Shown: one piece after another, positions 1 to 9,016 of the stretch | Layout of the letters: the number at the start of each line of letters is the position of its first letter | Position numbering within the stretch: the first letter of the stretch is position 1 | Sequence record: ON529855.1 | Strand: one strand, 5' to 3' | DNA length: 64,000 nt | Made by a program: the position numbers and the translations under genes | Notes under the pieces: generated by a model | Database searches by the model: none | What the model saw: only the letters and a program-made list of their open reading frames with translations | What the model was told of the DNA's origin: nothing

Positions 1-391
1 CGAGGAATTGTCCAAAGGCGTTGCAGTCATCGGTGAGCAGTCCGGGCACGTTTTCGAAGAAGAAGACATCAGGATCGATTTCGTCGATCAGCTTGATGCC
101 GGCGAGGGTGAGGAAGCCACGGCCGCCGTCGACACCGGCCTTCTTGCCGGCCTCGGAAAAATCCTGACAGGGGAAGGAGGCCCACAGGATGTTGACGGCC
201 TTGCGGAAGGCTTCGCCGTCGATCGTCAGCAGGTTGCCCAGGTTGGGCGTTTCGCCGTAGCGGTGATGCAGAAATCGGGTCGGGAAGGCGGCGTTGTCGG
301 CAAAGAATACCGGCTTCAGCTTGAGGTCCTTCCACGCCAGAGACACGGCTTCAATGCCGGAGCAGAGGGTGGCGAAGGTGGGTTGGGTCAT
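1..391 (-). CDS. DNA (cytosine-5)-methyltransferase, N-terminal 130 aa, runs off the window start
   Basis: Not in the ORF track. Manual translation from ATG at 391: MTQPTFATLCSGIEAV...ILWASFPCQDFSEAG...FFFENVPGLL, giving C5-MTase motifs I, IV (PC) and VI (ENV). Confidence 0.9.
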   Translation of the reverse strand, partial: MTQPTFATLCSGIEAVSLAWKDLKLKPVFFADNAAFPTRFLHHRYGETPNLGNLLTIDGEAFRKAVNILWASFPCQDFSEAGKKAGVDGGRGFLTLAGIKLIDEIDPDVFFFENVPGLLTDDCNAFGQFL

Positions 392-401
392 GGGTCCGGT
401 A

Positions 402-430
402 TGGTTAACGAATGCCGTAGATGGAGTCAA
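402..430 (-). promoter_or_regulatory. sigma70-type promoter for the C5 MTase
   Basis: TTGACT-N17-TAACCA just upstream of the ATG at 391. Confidence 0.5.
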
Positions 431-452
431 GGATTGACGGGAAAACTGACAA

Positions 453-1229
453 TCACTCCACCTGACCCGGCCAGACACGGTCCGCCAGCCGCAGCAGGGC
501 GCCGATGACCAGCTTCTTGTCCTTACCGTTGACGAAGGGGCTCATCGTCTCAGGCCAGCGCGGCGGCAGGCCCAGGAAGGGCAGGGTGCGCTCGGCCGCC
601 TCGAACTCCGAGGCGGCGAAGGCGGCGACCTGCTGAAGACCGACGGCGTAGGAATGCAGGCCGTACTGCTTCGCGTTGCCGCCGTCGTGGTAGCCCATGC
701 CCAGGCGGATTTTCTCGATCTCGCTGTCGTAGGCCATCCAGCAGAACCGGCCGTCGGGCAGGTCGAGGTGCTGGGTGTCCCAGTCCAGCGGATGGCCGAA
801 GGCGTCGATGCGGCAGCGGTCGACGGCCTGGGAGAAGGGCTCCAGGCGGCCGATCGCCTTGATGGTGGAGACCAGAGGCATGAAGCGGCCCGCCGCCAGT
901 TCCAGGCACGGGGTCTGGTCCAGCAGGGCGCGGTATTCCGCCACGGTTTGCCCGGCGCTCGACAGCGGATGGCGCTTGCCCTCGATCTGCTCGCGCAGCA
1001 GCAGGCCGTCGATCGGATCACGCGCCGCCAGCCATTCCACAAAGGCCGAGACGTGATACTCGTGCACCTGAGGCCCCAGAATGTGGGCGCGCTGGAGTTC
1101 GTTGACCGATTCCATGCCAAAGCCGATGTGCAGGCTGTTGTTCTCGTCCTGGTGCAGGGCGTAGAGGAACAGCCGACTGGCGCCGGTGGCCTTCAGCGGC
1201 GTGCGTTCATAGGCGTTGAGGAGGCTCAC
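453..1229 (-). CDS. hypothetical protein (258 aa)
   Basis: GTG start overlaps the upstream TGA (GTGA coupling); phage-like codon usage; no motif recognised. Confidence 0.7.
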   Translation of the reverse strand: MSLLNAYERTPLKATGASRLFLYALHQDENNSLHIGFGMESVNELQRAHILGPQVHEYHVSAFVEWLAARDPIDGLLLREQIEGKRHPLSSAGQTVAEYRALLDQTPCLELAAGRFMPLVSTIKAIGRLEPFSQAVDRCRIDAFGHPLDWDTQHLDLPDGRFCWMAYDSEIEKIRLGMGYHDGGNAKQYGLHSYAVGLQQVAAFAASEFEAAERTLPFLGLPPRWPETMSPFVNGKDKKLVIGALLRLADRVWPGQVE

Positions 1230-2938
1230 AGGCGCCACTTCGCTCCCTGCATGGTGATGATCTGGCGCTGGCCGTTGTGCAGGGTCACGACGTGGCTGTG
1301 CGACCACGACGAGAGGCCCTTGTTGTAGCCCATGTCCAGCTTGGAGGTGGTGCCTGACACGAAGGCCCCGTCGATGATCTGACACGAATGGGTGTGCCCG
1401 GTGGTCGACTTGGCGCCGGCGCGGGTGAACTGCCGGGGATTGCCGCGCGCGCCATTGGCGCCCAGGTGCCCGTGCATGCCCTTTTCGATGTCCATCACCT
1501 GGAAGGACTCGTCCTCGCGCAGGAAGCGCACGCCTTCGCAGGCGATGTCGTCGAAATAGTCCGTCAGGACATATTCGAACACCGAGAAGTCGCCGTCATG
1601 TTCGCGGATCGCCTGGTAGGCGCGCCGCTGGCAGGCCAGGAAGAACTCGGCGTTGCGCGGATCGTGGCGATAGTCGGCTTCCTTGAGCCAGCGCTTCAGC
1701 GCCAGGTCATGGTTGGACTCCACCACGACCGTCTTGCAGAAATCCCGTCGCGTGGATTCGATGAAGGACGCCACCTCGCGCAGTTCCGTCTCGACGGAGT
1801 CGGCGCCGGCCACGAACAGGGCGAACATGTGGTGGGGATCGCGCAGATTGTGGTGGTTGCGCGCCTGGAAGTCGCAGACGTCGTGATAGAACTGGTACGA
1901 CGGCCGCAGCGCGTCCAGGATCGGCATCGGATCGCTCTCGCCCGAGGTCGCCCAGCGCCGGCCGGACCCGCGCCCCTTGGCGTCAAGCGGGTAGAAGCCG
2001 AAGCAGGACTTCGCCACGATCGGGTCGATCTGGGCGACATGGAGGTCGCCCCAGTTGATCGCCGCCACGCGGTGACGGTGGGTGATCAGGGGCGTGTTGC
2101 CGCGCGCGGACTTGTCCGCGCGCGTCTGCACCCGGATGTCCAGGTCCATGAAGGAGCCGTCCGGCTCGGCGATCAGGTGGCGGCAGAAGAACTCGCCCTG
2201 GTCGTTCATCTCGACCAGCAAGGCCGCGACTTCGTGGTGGAAGGCCGCCTTGATGCCGGCCTTCTTCTTGACGTAGTTGGGCAGGGTGATCGAGCCGGTC
2301 GTCATGTTCTGCTTGGCCGGGGCGTGCTTCATCGTCGGGACCGACTGAAGCTGAACCTTGGCGTGCGGGAAGATGCCCCAACGATGCTTGGTGTAGGTTT
2401 CGAACCCGCTGAGCGGCGTGACCGCCGTCGGCAGGGTGTTCATCTCGCCGCAGTAGTCGATCTTGTCGCCCAGGCGGATGCGCTCGTTCGAGATGTAGGG
2501 CTCGATGCGGAAGTGGTAGTAGGGCTTCTGCTCGTTTCGACCCTTGTCATCGCCGTCTTTGGCGTGGCCCCGATACATCTTCTTGTTGTAGGTGTAGCCC
2601 GAGATCATGATCTGGCACGGGCCGTCCTTGGACAGATGATCGCGATAGGCTTCCAGGTTGGTCAGGAAGTCCTCATGGATCGACGTCTCGGACTGGGCCG
2701 AAGTCAGGATGAAGCGCTGCACGGTGCCGGGCGCGACCACGATCTTCTTCGGCTCGACCGGCGGGATGTAGCTGAACGGGTCGCGGTGCACCTTGTGCAG
2801 GCGCAGTTGCAAGGTCGAGCGCGCCACGCCGTAGTGACGGCTGAACTGACGCTGGCCGCCCATCTCGGTGACGATGCGGTCGAGTTCCTCGGGCGAGACG
2901 GAGTCGAGGTCGAAGGACCCCTTGGCTTCAGCCGGCAA
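1226..2938 (-). CDS. N-terminal HTH plus calcineurin-like metallophosphoesterase-fold protein (570 aa)
   Basis: HTH-like QFSRHYGVARSTLQ; metal motifs WGDLH, HDVCD, ESNHD, MHGH, GHTH. Confidence 0.7.
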   Translation of the reverse strand: MPAEAKGSFDLDSVSPEELDRIVTEMGGQRQFSRHYGVARSTLQLRLHKVHRDPFSYIPPVEPKKIVVAPGTVQRFILTSAQSETSIHEDFLTNLEAYRDHLSKDGPCQIMISGYTYNKKMYRGHAKDGDDKGRNEQKPYYHFRIEPYISNERIRLGDKIDYCGEMNTLPTAVTPLSGFETYTKHRWGIFPHAKVQLQSVPTMKHAPAKQNMTTGSITLPNYVKKKAGIKAAFHHEVAALLVEMNDQGEFFCRHLIAEPDGSFMDLDIRVQTRADKSARGNTPLITHRHRVAAINWGDLHVAQIDPIVAKSCFGFYPLDAKGRGSGRRWATSGESDPMPILDALRPSYQFYHDVCDFQARNHHNLRDPHHMFALFVAGADSVETELREVASFIESTRRDFCKTVVVESNHDLALKRWLKEADYRHDPRNAEFFLACQRRAYQAIREHDGDFSVFEYVLTDYFDDIACEGVRFLREDESFQVMDIEKGMHGHLGANGARGNPRQFTRAGAKSTTGHTHSCQIIDGAFVSGTTSKLDMGYNKGLSSWSHSHVVTLHNGQRQIITMQGAKWRL

Positions 2939-3662
2939 AATACATCTCCGCCTTGGCGTGGGGGGCGGTCAGGGCCTTGCGCCAGTCCCAGACGTACCAG
3001 GCGTAGGAGAAGCGCGGGCTCTTGGACTCCTCGCCCTCCTTCTTCTCGACCCAGACCGGGCGGAAGCGCAGGGTGATCTTGGCGATGAAGGCGGGGTGAT
3101 CGATCAGGTGGGCGCGGCCCTTGGCCGTGTCCCACTCATGGCGCATCAGCATGGCGACATAGCCCTGCTCCGCCTCCATCAACTCCAGCGCCTTCTCGAC
3201 CGCCAGAACGGCTTCCTTGCCGTAGGGCGGGTTGGTGATGATGCAGTCCGGACGGAAGCCCAGGGCCGCCTCGACCTCGGTCATGGAGATCGGACGGGGC
3301 GCTTCGTTTTTCGTGACTCCACCGTCCAGCGTCGCCTTGTCGATCGTGCGCTCCCAGGCCGCCACGGCGATCTCGTGGGCGTCGCCGTCGGCGTAGATGT
3401 TGAAGAAGTCCAGCATCGCCGTCGGGTCGAGGCCCTCGTAGCGATGGATGTCGCTGGTGGCTTCCAGCCGGCACAGCGGGCCGATCAATCGGGAAATGGC
3501 GCCGTTGCCCGCGAAGGGCTCCCAGAAGGCCATCTGCTCCAGGTCGTCCTCGACCACGGAGATGAAGGCTTCGGTCGCGCGGGCCGGGGTCGGGTAGAAG
3601 TCCAGGGCGTTGCGGGGATAGTTCGTACCCCCCAGCATGGAGGGGTCTTGACGCGTGGTCAT
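2928..3662 (-). CDS. DNA N6-adenine methyltransferase (small phage type)
   Basis: DFYPTP near the N-terminus, WEPFAGNG SAM-binding motif, ITNPPY catalytic motif. Confidence 0.85.
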   Translation of the reverse strand: MTTRQDPSMLGGTNYPRNALDFYPTPARATEAFISVVEDDLEQMAFWEPFAGNGAISRLIGPLCRLEATSDIHRYEGLDPTAMLDFFNIYADGDAHEIAVAAWERTIDKATLDGGVTKNEAPRPISMTEVEAALGFRPDCIITNPPYGKEAVLAVEKALELMEAEQGYVAMLMRHEWDTAKGRAHLIDHPAFIAKITLRFRPVWVEKKEGEESKSPRFSYAWYVWDWRKALTAPHAKAEMYFAG

Positions 3663-3739
3663 TCAGCAGGCCGTTTTGATGGAGGGGATGCGCGGTCGGA
3701 GCGCTTGCGGCCTTCTTGGTCTCACGATTAACCACGAAC

Positions 3740-3756
3740 GTCAAGATTTACGTCAA
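3740..3756 (-). promoter_or_regulatory. conserved phage promoter motif TTGAC-N7-TTGAC (copy 1)
   Basis: TTGACGTAAATCTTGAC upstream of the MTase; identical 17-mer at 20168-20184. No clear -10 at 17 nt spacing in this copy. Confidence 0.55.
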
Positions 3757-4216
3757 TGGGAGTCAGGTGCGTTGACACACTTGCATCCGGATCGACCTTG
3801 GATTATCGGTGATGCTTCGAGAAGACGACGAGGATCGTCGAGCGTCTCCTGGCCGCGCACGGGTCAGGATCAACGCCGTCGTCTCAGGGAGACGCGGACC
3901 TAAGGCGATAGGGCTCCGCGTCAATGGGTGAAGTGAGGAACGGACGGCGCATCCGTGTTGGAGCCATAGTCTAGGTGGGCGATTCACTGCCTTACCCGGA
4001 CCGAGTCGCGGTAATCGAATGCTGCCGCGTGACGTGACGCCGACCGACAGTAGAGGATGGCGTGACCTAAGGGGAGAGGCCCATGCAGGGCGGACCGCGT
4101 CGGACGCGGACGCCGACTAGCCGGAGGGGCTGCACACCCGATGGACAGGATCGCCCCGCCCGCGAAGAAGCGAATGGGGGATGACGCCGGCGCAGCCGAG
4201 ACAGACGATGCGCACG

Positions 4217-4248
4217 AAAAAGGCCCCGATCGCAAGATCGGGGCCTTT
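4217..4248. terminator. bidirectional intrinsic terminator
   Basis: AAAAA GGCCCCGATC GCAA GATCGGGGCC TTT: perfect 10-bp GC stem, U5 tail on minus strand, U3 on plus. Confidence 0.85.
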
Positions 4249-4836
4249 GACGTCGTGGCGGGGTCCTCGGTTTTCATCGTCGCGGCCGGCGTGCCTTTCG
4301 CTAAACGATCCCGCATCTCTTCGCACCGGGCGGACCCGGACTACTTTACCGCCGGCCCCCATACGGTGAACCTCGAAGGCAGAGCCTCTAGCGCATCCTA
4401 CCGGCGCCATAGCGGTGTGTGAGGAAGGGGTTCTCACCTCACGATCAGGGAAGTGGACGACCGGGGAAACGTCCCGCCGGCCCGATCGTCCGGGCATTGC
4501 GCCCTTGAAAGCGAAACGGCAGGAGGGGACTGGCCCGTCCTGCCGCTCTATGACCTGGGGAGTGGCGTACCTGTCCCGGCGGTCGGTGCGGTGGCGCATG
4601 GTCCGAAAGACCAGAGGAGCCGCGTGATCCGGGGTAACTCGAAGGTCCCGCGCCTCACCCGCTGCTGTTTATTCGCCCCGACATGCTGATCCGGGACTAC
4701 TAGAACTGGTTGCCCCGTCGTTCCAGCCGGGGACTGCGTGTGGCCGTCGCCAATACCGCCTTGGTCCGTTCCAGGAGCCACCCTGCCTGAGCAGTCGCCA
4801 GCGAAGCCGATACTGAAAGCGCCTCACTGAGAAGAG
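4217..4836 (-). ncRNA. candidate large structured ncRNA (about 620 nt)
   Basis: Bounded by a near-consensus promoter and a terminator; no credible ORF; many GC stems with GNRA/UUCG-type loops. Confidence 0.5.
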
Positions 4837-4841
4837 GGCGC

Positions 4842-4870
4842 ACTATAAGCAGGGTTTCGACTTTTGTCAA
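4842..4870 (-). promoter_or_regulatory. strong sigma70-type promoter
   Basis: TTGACA (4870-4865), 17 nt spacer, TATAGT (4847-4842). Confidence 0.85.
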
Positions 4871-4888
4871 TAACTACGGCAGAAAAAT

Positions 4889-5248
4889 CTAACGCCCGAA
4901 GCGGAAAAAGCGGCGCAGGGGGGATTCCGTCTCGCGCTTGTATTGCTCGGCGTAGTCGGCCTTGCGCTTCTTGGTCTCTCCGACCGTGTCATGGCAATCC
5001 GCCCAGGCGCCGTGAAGATCACGGTCGTAGGCGGCCTTGTCTTCGTCCAGGCGCGGCTGACCCGGCGCGGGGCGCGCGGGCACGACCGGCTCGTCCCGGC
5101 ACTCGGTGATCGAGTCCGGGTAGAGGCTGTCAGGGGACAACAACACCGTCGGGCTGCTTGCGCAGGCCGTCAGCAGCAGGCTGGTCGCCAGCAGGAGCGC
5201 CGCCAGTCGGGCGGGCTTGCGCTTCCGCGCGTCGGTCGAGGGCTTCAT
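4889..5248 (-). CDS. outer-membrane spanin (o-spanin, Rz1-like lipoprotein)
   Basis: Signal peptide with lipobox LLLTAC; Pro-rich mature part; overlaps the 3' end of the i-spanin in another frame. Confidence 0.85.
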   Translation of the reverse strand: MKPSTDARKRKPARLAALLLATSLLLTACASSPTVLLSPDSLYPDSITECRDEPVVPARPAPGQPRLDEDKAAYDRDLHGAWADCHDTVGETKKRKADYAEQYKRETESPLRRFFRFGR

Positions 5249-5663
5249 CTTGGGCTCCGTGATAATCGGGACGTTCGGCGGCGATGCCGTCGAGCGCGGC
5301 GTCGTGCTTGCGGCCCTGGGGGGCCTGTTCAATCCGCTCGGTGATGCGGTCGTTCTGGGAGCGGCGGACGTCGCGTTGCGCGGCGCGACGCGCTTGCGAC
5401 TTCTGGGCGTCCTGATCCGCCTGGGCCTGGCGGGCGGCGCCGGCGATCTGCGCCTCAAGGGCGTCCGCGCGCTTCTCCGAGTGTGCGAAGGCCAGGACCG
5501 CCAGCACCAGACCGAGAATGAACCAGGTCCGGATGTCGGAGGCGATCTTGATGACGAAGGCGGGTCCGACCGTGAACCACAATGCGACCACGGCGGCGCA
5601 GACCGCCGCGATCGTCCACAGGGTGGCGGGGTTCAGCAGAAGGGCCAGAAGGATGGAGAACAT
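5130..5663 (-). CDS. inner-membrane spanin (i-spanin, Rz-like)
   Basis: N-terminal hydrophobic segments then Ala/Gln/Arg coiled coil; position in the lysis cassette. Confidence 0.8.
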   Translation of the reverse strand: MFSILLALLLNPATLWTIAAVCAAVVALWFTVGPAFVIKIASDIRTWFILGLVLAVLAFAHSEKRADALEAQIAGAARQAQADQDAQKSQARRAAQRDVRRSQNDRITERIEQAPQGRKHDAALDGIAAERPDYHGAQDEALDRRAEAQARPTGGAPAGDQPAADGLRKQPDGVVVP

Positions 5664-6124
5664 CAGCGCTTGAACGTCACAGGATGGATGCCCTGACGAT
5701 ACCCCGAGCCGTTATAGGTCAGGTTCTGGCGACGCATCCGGGGATTGAAGGAGATGTGGACCCACCAGGAGCCGTTGGGCTTGCGCTCGTGGATCAACTG
5801 GTCGTAGTCCAGTTCCGAGGCGGCGATCTCGCGACAGATCGCCAGTGGATCACCAAAGCCGGGGCAGGTGAAGTCGACCGCCCAGCCCAGGGCGTGGTCG
5901 GAGTTGGGCACGCCGCCGACGGCGCGGTTGACGGCCGGATTGCGGTAGGCCGAGTTGACCCGGATGGCGTTGTCACCCAGCACCCAGCGCACCTGCTCCA
6001 TCCGCTGAGCGGTCTGGCGCATGTTCTCCAGGTGGGCTGGGGTCGGCATGTTGTCGTTGCGCAGACGAGCGGCGGTGTCTGACCGCACAAACTCTGCAAG
6101 CGTGAAATGGTCAGACAGACGCAT
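5663..6124 (-). CDS. peptidase M15A family endolysin
   Basis: NSAYRN...GGVPNSDHALGWAVDF and WWVHISF zinc motifs. Confidence 0.9.
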   Translation of the reverse strand: MRLSDHFTLAEFVRSDTAARLRNDNMPTPAHLENMRQTAQRMEQVRWVLGDNAIRVNSAYRNPAVNRAVGGVPNSDHALGWAVDFTCPGFGDPLAICREIAASELDYDQLIHERKPNGSWWVHISFNPRMRRQNLTYNGSGYRQGIHPVTFKR

Positions 6125-6645
6125 CAGTCCGTCACCCCCGTGTCCGAGGCCTTGTCGTCATCGACAGAGGGCATGGGGCGTCCGCCCCGGAAATCATTGC
6201 GGCCGCCGAACCCGCCGTAGCCGCCCCCGAAGCCGCCGCCGCTGTAATCGTCGTCCTTCTTGCCGCCGCCGAAGCCGTAGTCGACGTTGCGCGAGGTGGA
6301 CGGATCGACGTCCGGGTCATCGGCGGTGGTGACCAGGGTCAGACCGGCGCCGCCCGGCCCCTTCAGCGACAGGCCCTTGATCGTGCCCAGCATCGAGATG
6401 ATGACCAGGGCGAACAGGCCCAGGAAGATGTAGCCGTAGTTGATCAGGCCGGTGATGATCTGGGTCTGGAGGCCGTTGTATTCGGCCGTGTAGGTGACGG
6501 CGAACCAGACCAGCACGATGATCATGCCGACGAAGAGCGGGAACAGCGACATGCCCGACAGGATGATCGACACACGCTGGAGATGGTCCGGGCGATCGCA
6601 CAGGACGTCCATGGTGTCGCGCATCCAACGGAAGAAGCGGCTCAT
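6124..6645 (-). CDS. putative holin (2 TM helices, Gly/Asp-rich tail)
   Basis: Two long hydrophobic stretches, charged C-terminus, lies between the two endolysins. Confidence 0.6.
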   Translation of the reverse strand: MSRFFRWMRDTMDVLCDRPDHLQRVSIILSGMSLFPLFVGMIIVLVWFAVTYTAEYNGLQTQIITGLINYGYIFLGLFALVIISMLGTIKGLSLKGPGGAGLTLVTTADDPDVDPSTSRNVDYGFGGGKKDDDYSGGGFGGGYGGFGGRNDFRGGRPMPSVDDDKASDTGVTD

Positions 6646-6692
6646 GTTGTGTCGCAACCGAAGCGGCGACGGGGTCGTCGGCCAGCCGGGCA

Positions 6693-7301
6693 TTAGCGGT
6701 AGGACCAGGCGGTCTGGAGCGACTGGGCGGCGGGGTGGCCGCCGTAAACCATCAGTTCGGCCAGGCGGCGGCGATAGAGCCCCAGCGCCCACTTGCCGTT
6801 GGCGTTGGACCAGCGGGCGAAGGCGATCTGGATGTTGACAGGTTCGGCCTTGGCCTTGGACTGCGCCGCCAGGCCCGACATGGAGATGTTGCCGACCTTG
6901 CGCGCGCCCTGGGCGTGCAGTCGCGCCACGGCCGACGAGCGGAAGCCGGCGGTGCCGATGTTGAAGCACATGGAGACCATGGCGTCGAACTCGCCCTGGT
7001 AGGTGCGGGCGTCCGCGATCCGATTGACCTCGGCGACGTAGCGCTTGAGGTCGTCGGTCAGCAGGGCGTCGGCCTCGGCGACCGTGATTCGCTGCTTGCC
7101 GAACATCCGCTGCATGGCTTCGCGGGTCAGTTGGTCGGCGCGGGCGCGGCCGAAGATGTCGTAGTCGATGATCTGGCCCGACGGGGTCGTCAGGGCGTGG
7201 CCCCAGCCGATCGTGGAGACGTGGGCCGAGCAGTAGTAAGGCTCGGCCTCGAACTGCTCGGTGGACTGAATCAGCTTCAGCCCTTCCGAGGAAATTTGCA
7301 T
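6693..7301 (-). CDS. GH24 phage lysozyme (endolysin)
   Basis: MQISSEGLKLIQSTE start; catalytic E15-x8-C24-x5-T30 then IGWGH; FDAMVSMCFNIG; GLYRRRLAE. Confidence 0.9.
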   Translation of the reverse strand: MQISSEGLKLIQSTEQFEAEPYYCSAHVSTIGWGHALTTPSGQIIDYDIFGRARADQLTREAMQRMFGKQRITVAEADALLTDDLKRYVAEVNRIADARTYQGEFDAMVSMCFNIGTAGFRSSAVARLHAQGARKVGNISMSGLAAQSKAKAEPVNIQIAFARWSNANGKWALGLYRRRLAELMVYGGHPAAQSLQTAWSYR

Positions 7302-7337
7302 TGTAGTGGAGACACGGGCTGTCAAAAAGTCTGGCAG

Positions 7338-7366
7338 ATTGTGCCAGACTTATTGACATTCGTCAA
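7338..7366 (-). promoter_or_regulatory. promoter for the lysis cassette
   Basis: TTGACG-N17-CACAAT, preceded by GGATTC, resembling the AAATC-TTGAC motif. Confidence 0.55.
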
Positions 7367-7400
7367 GAATCCGCTAGGGTTCGCGCCCTTTGCGCCTCAC

Positions 7401-8522
7401 TCAGACGTCGGGCGGCATCAAAACGATGCCCGAAGGGACCGGCGAGAGGGGATTGAACCCCGCTTGAGACCATGCCCGATGCGGGATTTTGACGCCTTCC
7501 TCCTCCCGCGCGCGATCCAGCGCCTGGGTGAAGCGCGGCAGGGCCAGGCCGGTGCCGTAGGACCAGATGTGATCCCCGTGCCGTCGCAGGCCGTATGAGC
7601 CGATCTCAATGCCCGCCAACAGCAGGTCGCGGCCCTCGTCGGTCTTCTCCTGGGACAGGGCGGCCTTGGGCGCGCCAAGCCGCAGCGCCAGTTCATAGGC
7701 GTCAGCCAGCATCGCCTTCCAGCCCGTGTCGTCGGCGTAGGTGTTGTCGTAGAGTTCCACCTTCATGAAGGTCGGGAAATGCAGGTCGCCCTCGGCGTCG
7801 CCCAGGCGGAAACAGGGCGTGCAGGCGACCATGCGGCCGTGGCCGATGGCGCCGTCTTTGTCCAGATGAAGGAAGGATTGCTCAGACGATCCGACCAGGT
7901 AGCCCAAGCCGTCCACGCGCGCCGCGAACGCCGGGTTGGGGCAGGTGATGTCGATGGTGTCCTTGGACACCGCCCAAGGCGTCTCGACGTAGCGGTAGCC
8001 TTCCGCCTCGTAGAAGGCCACGGCGGCGCCCAGCAGGGCGTAGTCGATGCGCGGCATCGGGGGCAGGTCCTTGTGGACCGGCGCGACCGGGTAGCGCGCT
8101 TTCATCTGGCTGATCGCGTCGCGAATCGCGCCCACCCAACGCGACTGCTTGGGCGATCCCGTCTCGGCGTGGTCGATCGCCTCCAGCGGCTGGTCGTTCA
8201 GATGCGCCAGAGGCACGCTCAGGCCGTAGCGGGTATGAATTTGCGTGCGGACATGGTCCGCCCACTCCACGTCGCTCGCCCGATAGAAACGCCAGTCGGG
8301 CGGCGGCGGCGGGGTCGGCCGACGGGCTTGTTCGGCCGCGATCAGGACGCGCAGCCGCGCCTCCAGGGACGGCCCGGAAGACGACCCGAACCACGGCGAA
8401 GGCCGCGCCATCATGTCTCCCAGCGACACCGTGGGGTGGTACTCCGAGGTGAAGACCGCCTCCTCGAACCGCTCCAGGTCCAGATCGATCACATAGGTCG
8501 AGCGCCAGTCAGCGTCGTCCAT
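7401..8522 (-). CDS. class II aminoacyl-tRNA synthetase (SerRS-like) catalytic-core protein with unknown N-terminal domain
   Basis: FYEAEGYRYVETP (motif 1-like), ACTPCFR...FMKVEL (motif 2-like), GTGLALPR (motif 3-like); no tRNA-binding arm evident. Confidence 0.65.
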   Translation of the reverse strand: MDDADWRSTYVIDLDLERFEEAVFTSEYHPTVSLGDMMARPSPWFGSSSGPSLEARLRVLIAAEQARRPTPPPPPDWRFYRASDVEWADHVRTQIHTRYGLSVPLAHLNDQPLEAIDHAETGSPKQSRWVGAIRDAISQMKARYPVAPVHKDLPPMPRIDYALLGAAVAFYEAEGYRYVETPWAVSKDTIDITCPNPAFAARVDGLGYLVGSSEQSFLHLDKDGAIGHGRMVACTPCFRLGDAEGDLHFPTFMKVELYDNTYADDTGWKAMLADAYELALRLGAPKAALSQEKTDEGRDLLLAGIEIGSYGLRRHGDHIWSYGTGLALPRFTQALDRAREEEGVKIPHRAWSQAGFNPLSPVPSGIVLMPPDV

Positions 8523-8985
8523 TGAGGAAGGCCCTTTCGGTGATGGCGGACATGGTCTCCAGGTCGGCCAGAGTCAGATTATGCTTATGCAGGTAGGCCT
8601 TGACCGCGCCCATGAGGTCCGCCAGTTCGACCAGGCCCATGATGACCGAGCCCTGCTGGACCGCGTCGGCGAACTCGGCCGCCTCTTCGATGATCTTGGA
8701 GGGCTCGCCGAGCACGCCCTTGGCGATCGGGGTCAGGTGGTAGCCCGGTTTAACTTCCTCAGGCGCCTCGAATGGCCTCATCACCTGGGCGAACTCGTGG
8801 GCGGTCATTCCTCCGTAGTTCAGGCCGTCAAGGGCTGCGCTGGCATAGCGATCATATTGGTCTTTGTTCGGCCCTTCACGCGACGTATCGCCGAACTCGC
8901 GCAGGCTCTCGTAGTCATGGCCGTCCCGGCGCGCGAGATGCGTCACGATGGCTGTGAACTGGCGTTGGTAGAGGTCGTCGAGCAT
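8509..8985 (-). CDS. MazG-like NTP pyrophosphohydrolase-domain protein
   Basis: GYH..IAKGVLGEPSKIIEEAAEFADA...GLVELADLMGAV; EExxE...ExxD pattern. Confidence 0.55.
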   Translation of the reverse strand: MLDDLYQRQFTAIVTHLARRDGHDYESLREFGDTSREGPNKDQYDRYASAALDGLNYGGMTAHEFAQVMRPFEAPEEVKPGYHLTPIAKGVLGEPSKIIEEAAEFADAVQQGSVIMGLVELADLMGAVKAYLHKHNLTLADLETMSAITERAFLNGRR

Positions 8986-9016
8986 CCGCCACGGTTACGC
9001 CAGCGACCCGCAGGTG

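Noticed and set aside
3984-4781. ORFs in the 3.8-4.8 kb region (4117-4599, 3984-4316, 4548-4781)
   Set aside because: Rare codons (AGG, ATA, CGA), no SD, and the two longer ORFs cross the strong terminator; more likely non-coding RNA.
4217-4836. RNase P RNA
   Set aside because: Lacks the GAGGAAAGUCC and ACAGAACCCGGCUUA P4 signatures.
8509-8985. Z-genome (PurZ/MazZ) pathway
   Set aside because: No PurZ/adenylosuccinate synthetase homologue in the window; the neighbour is aaRS-like.
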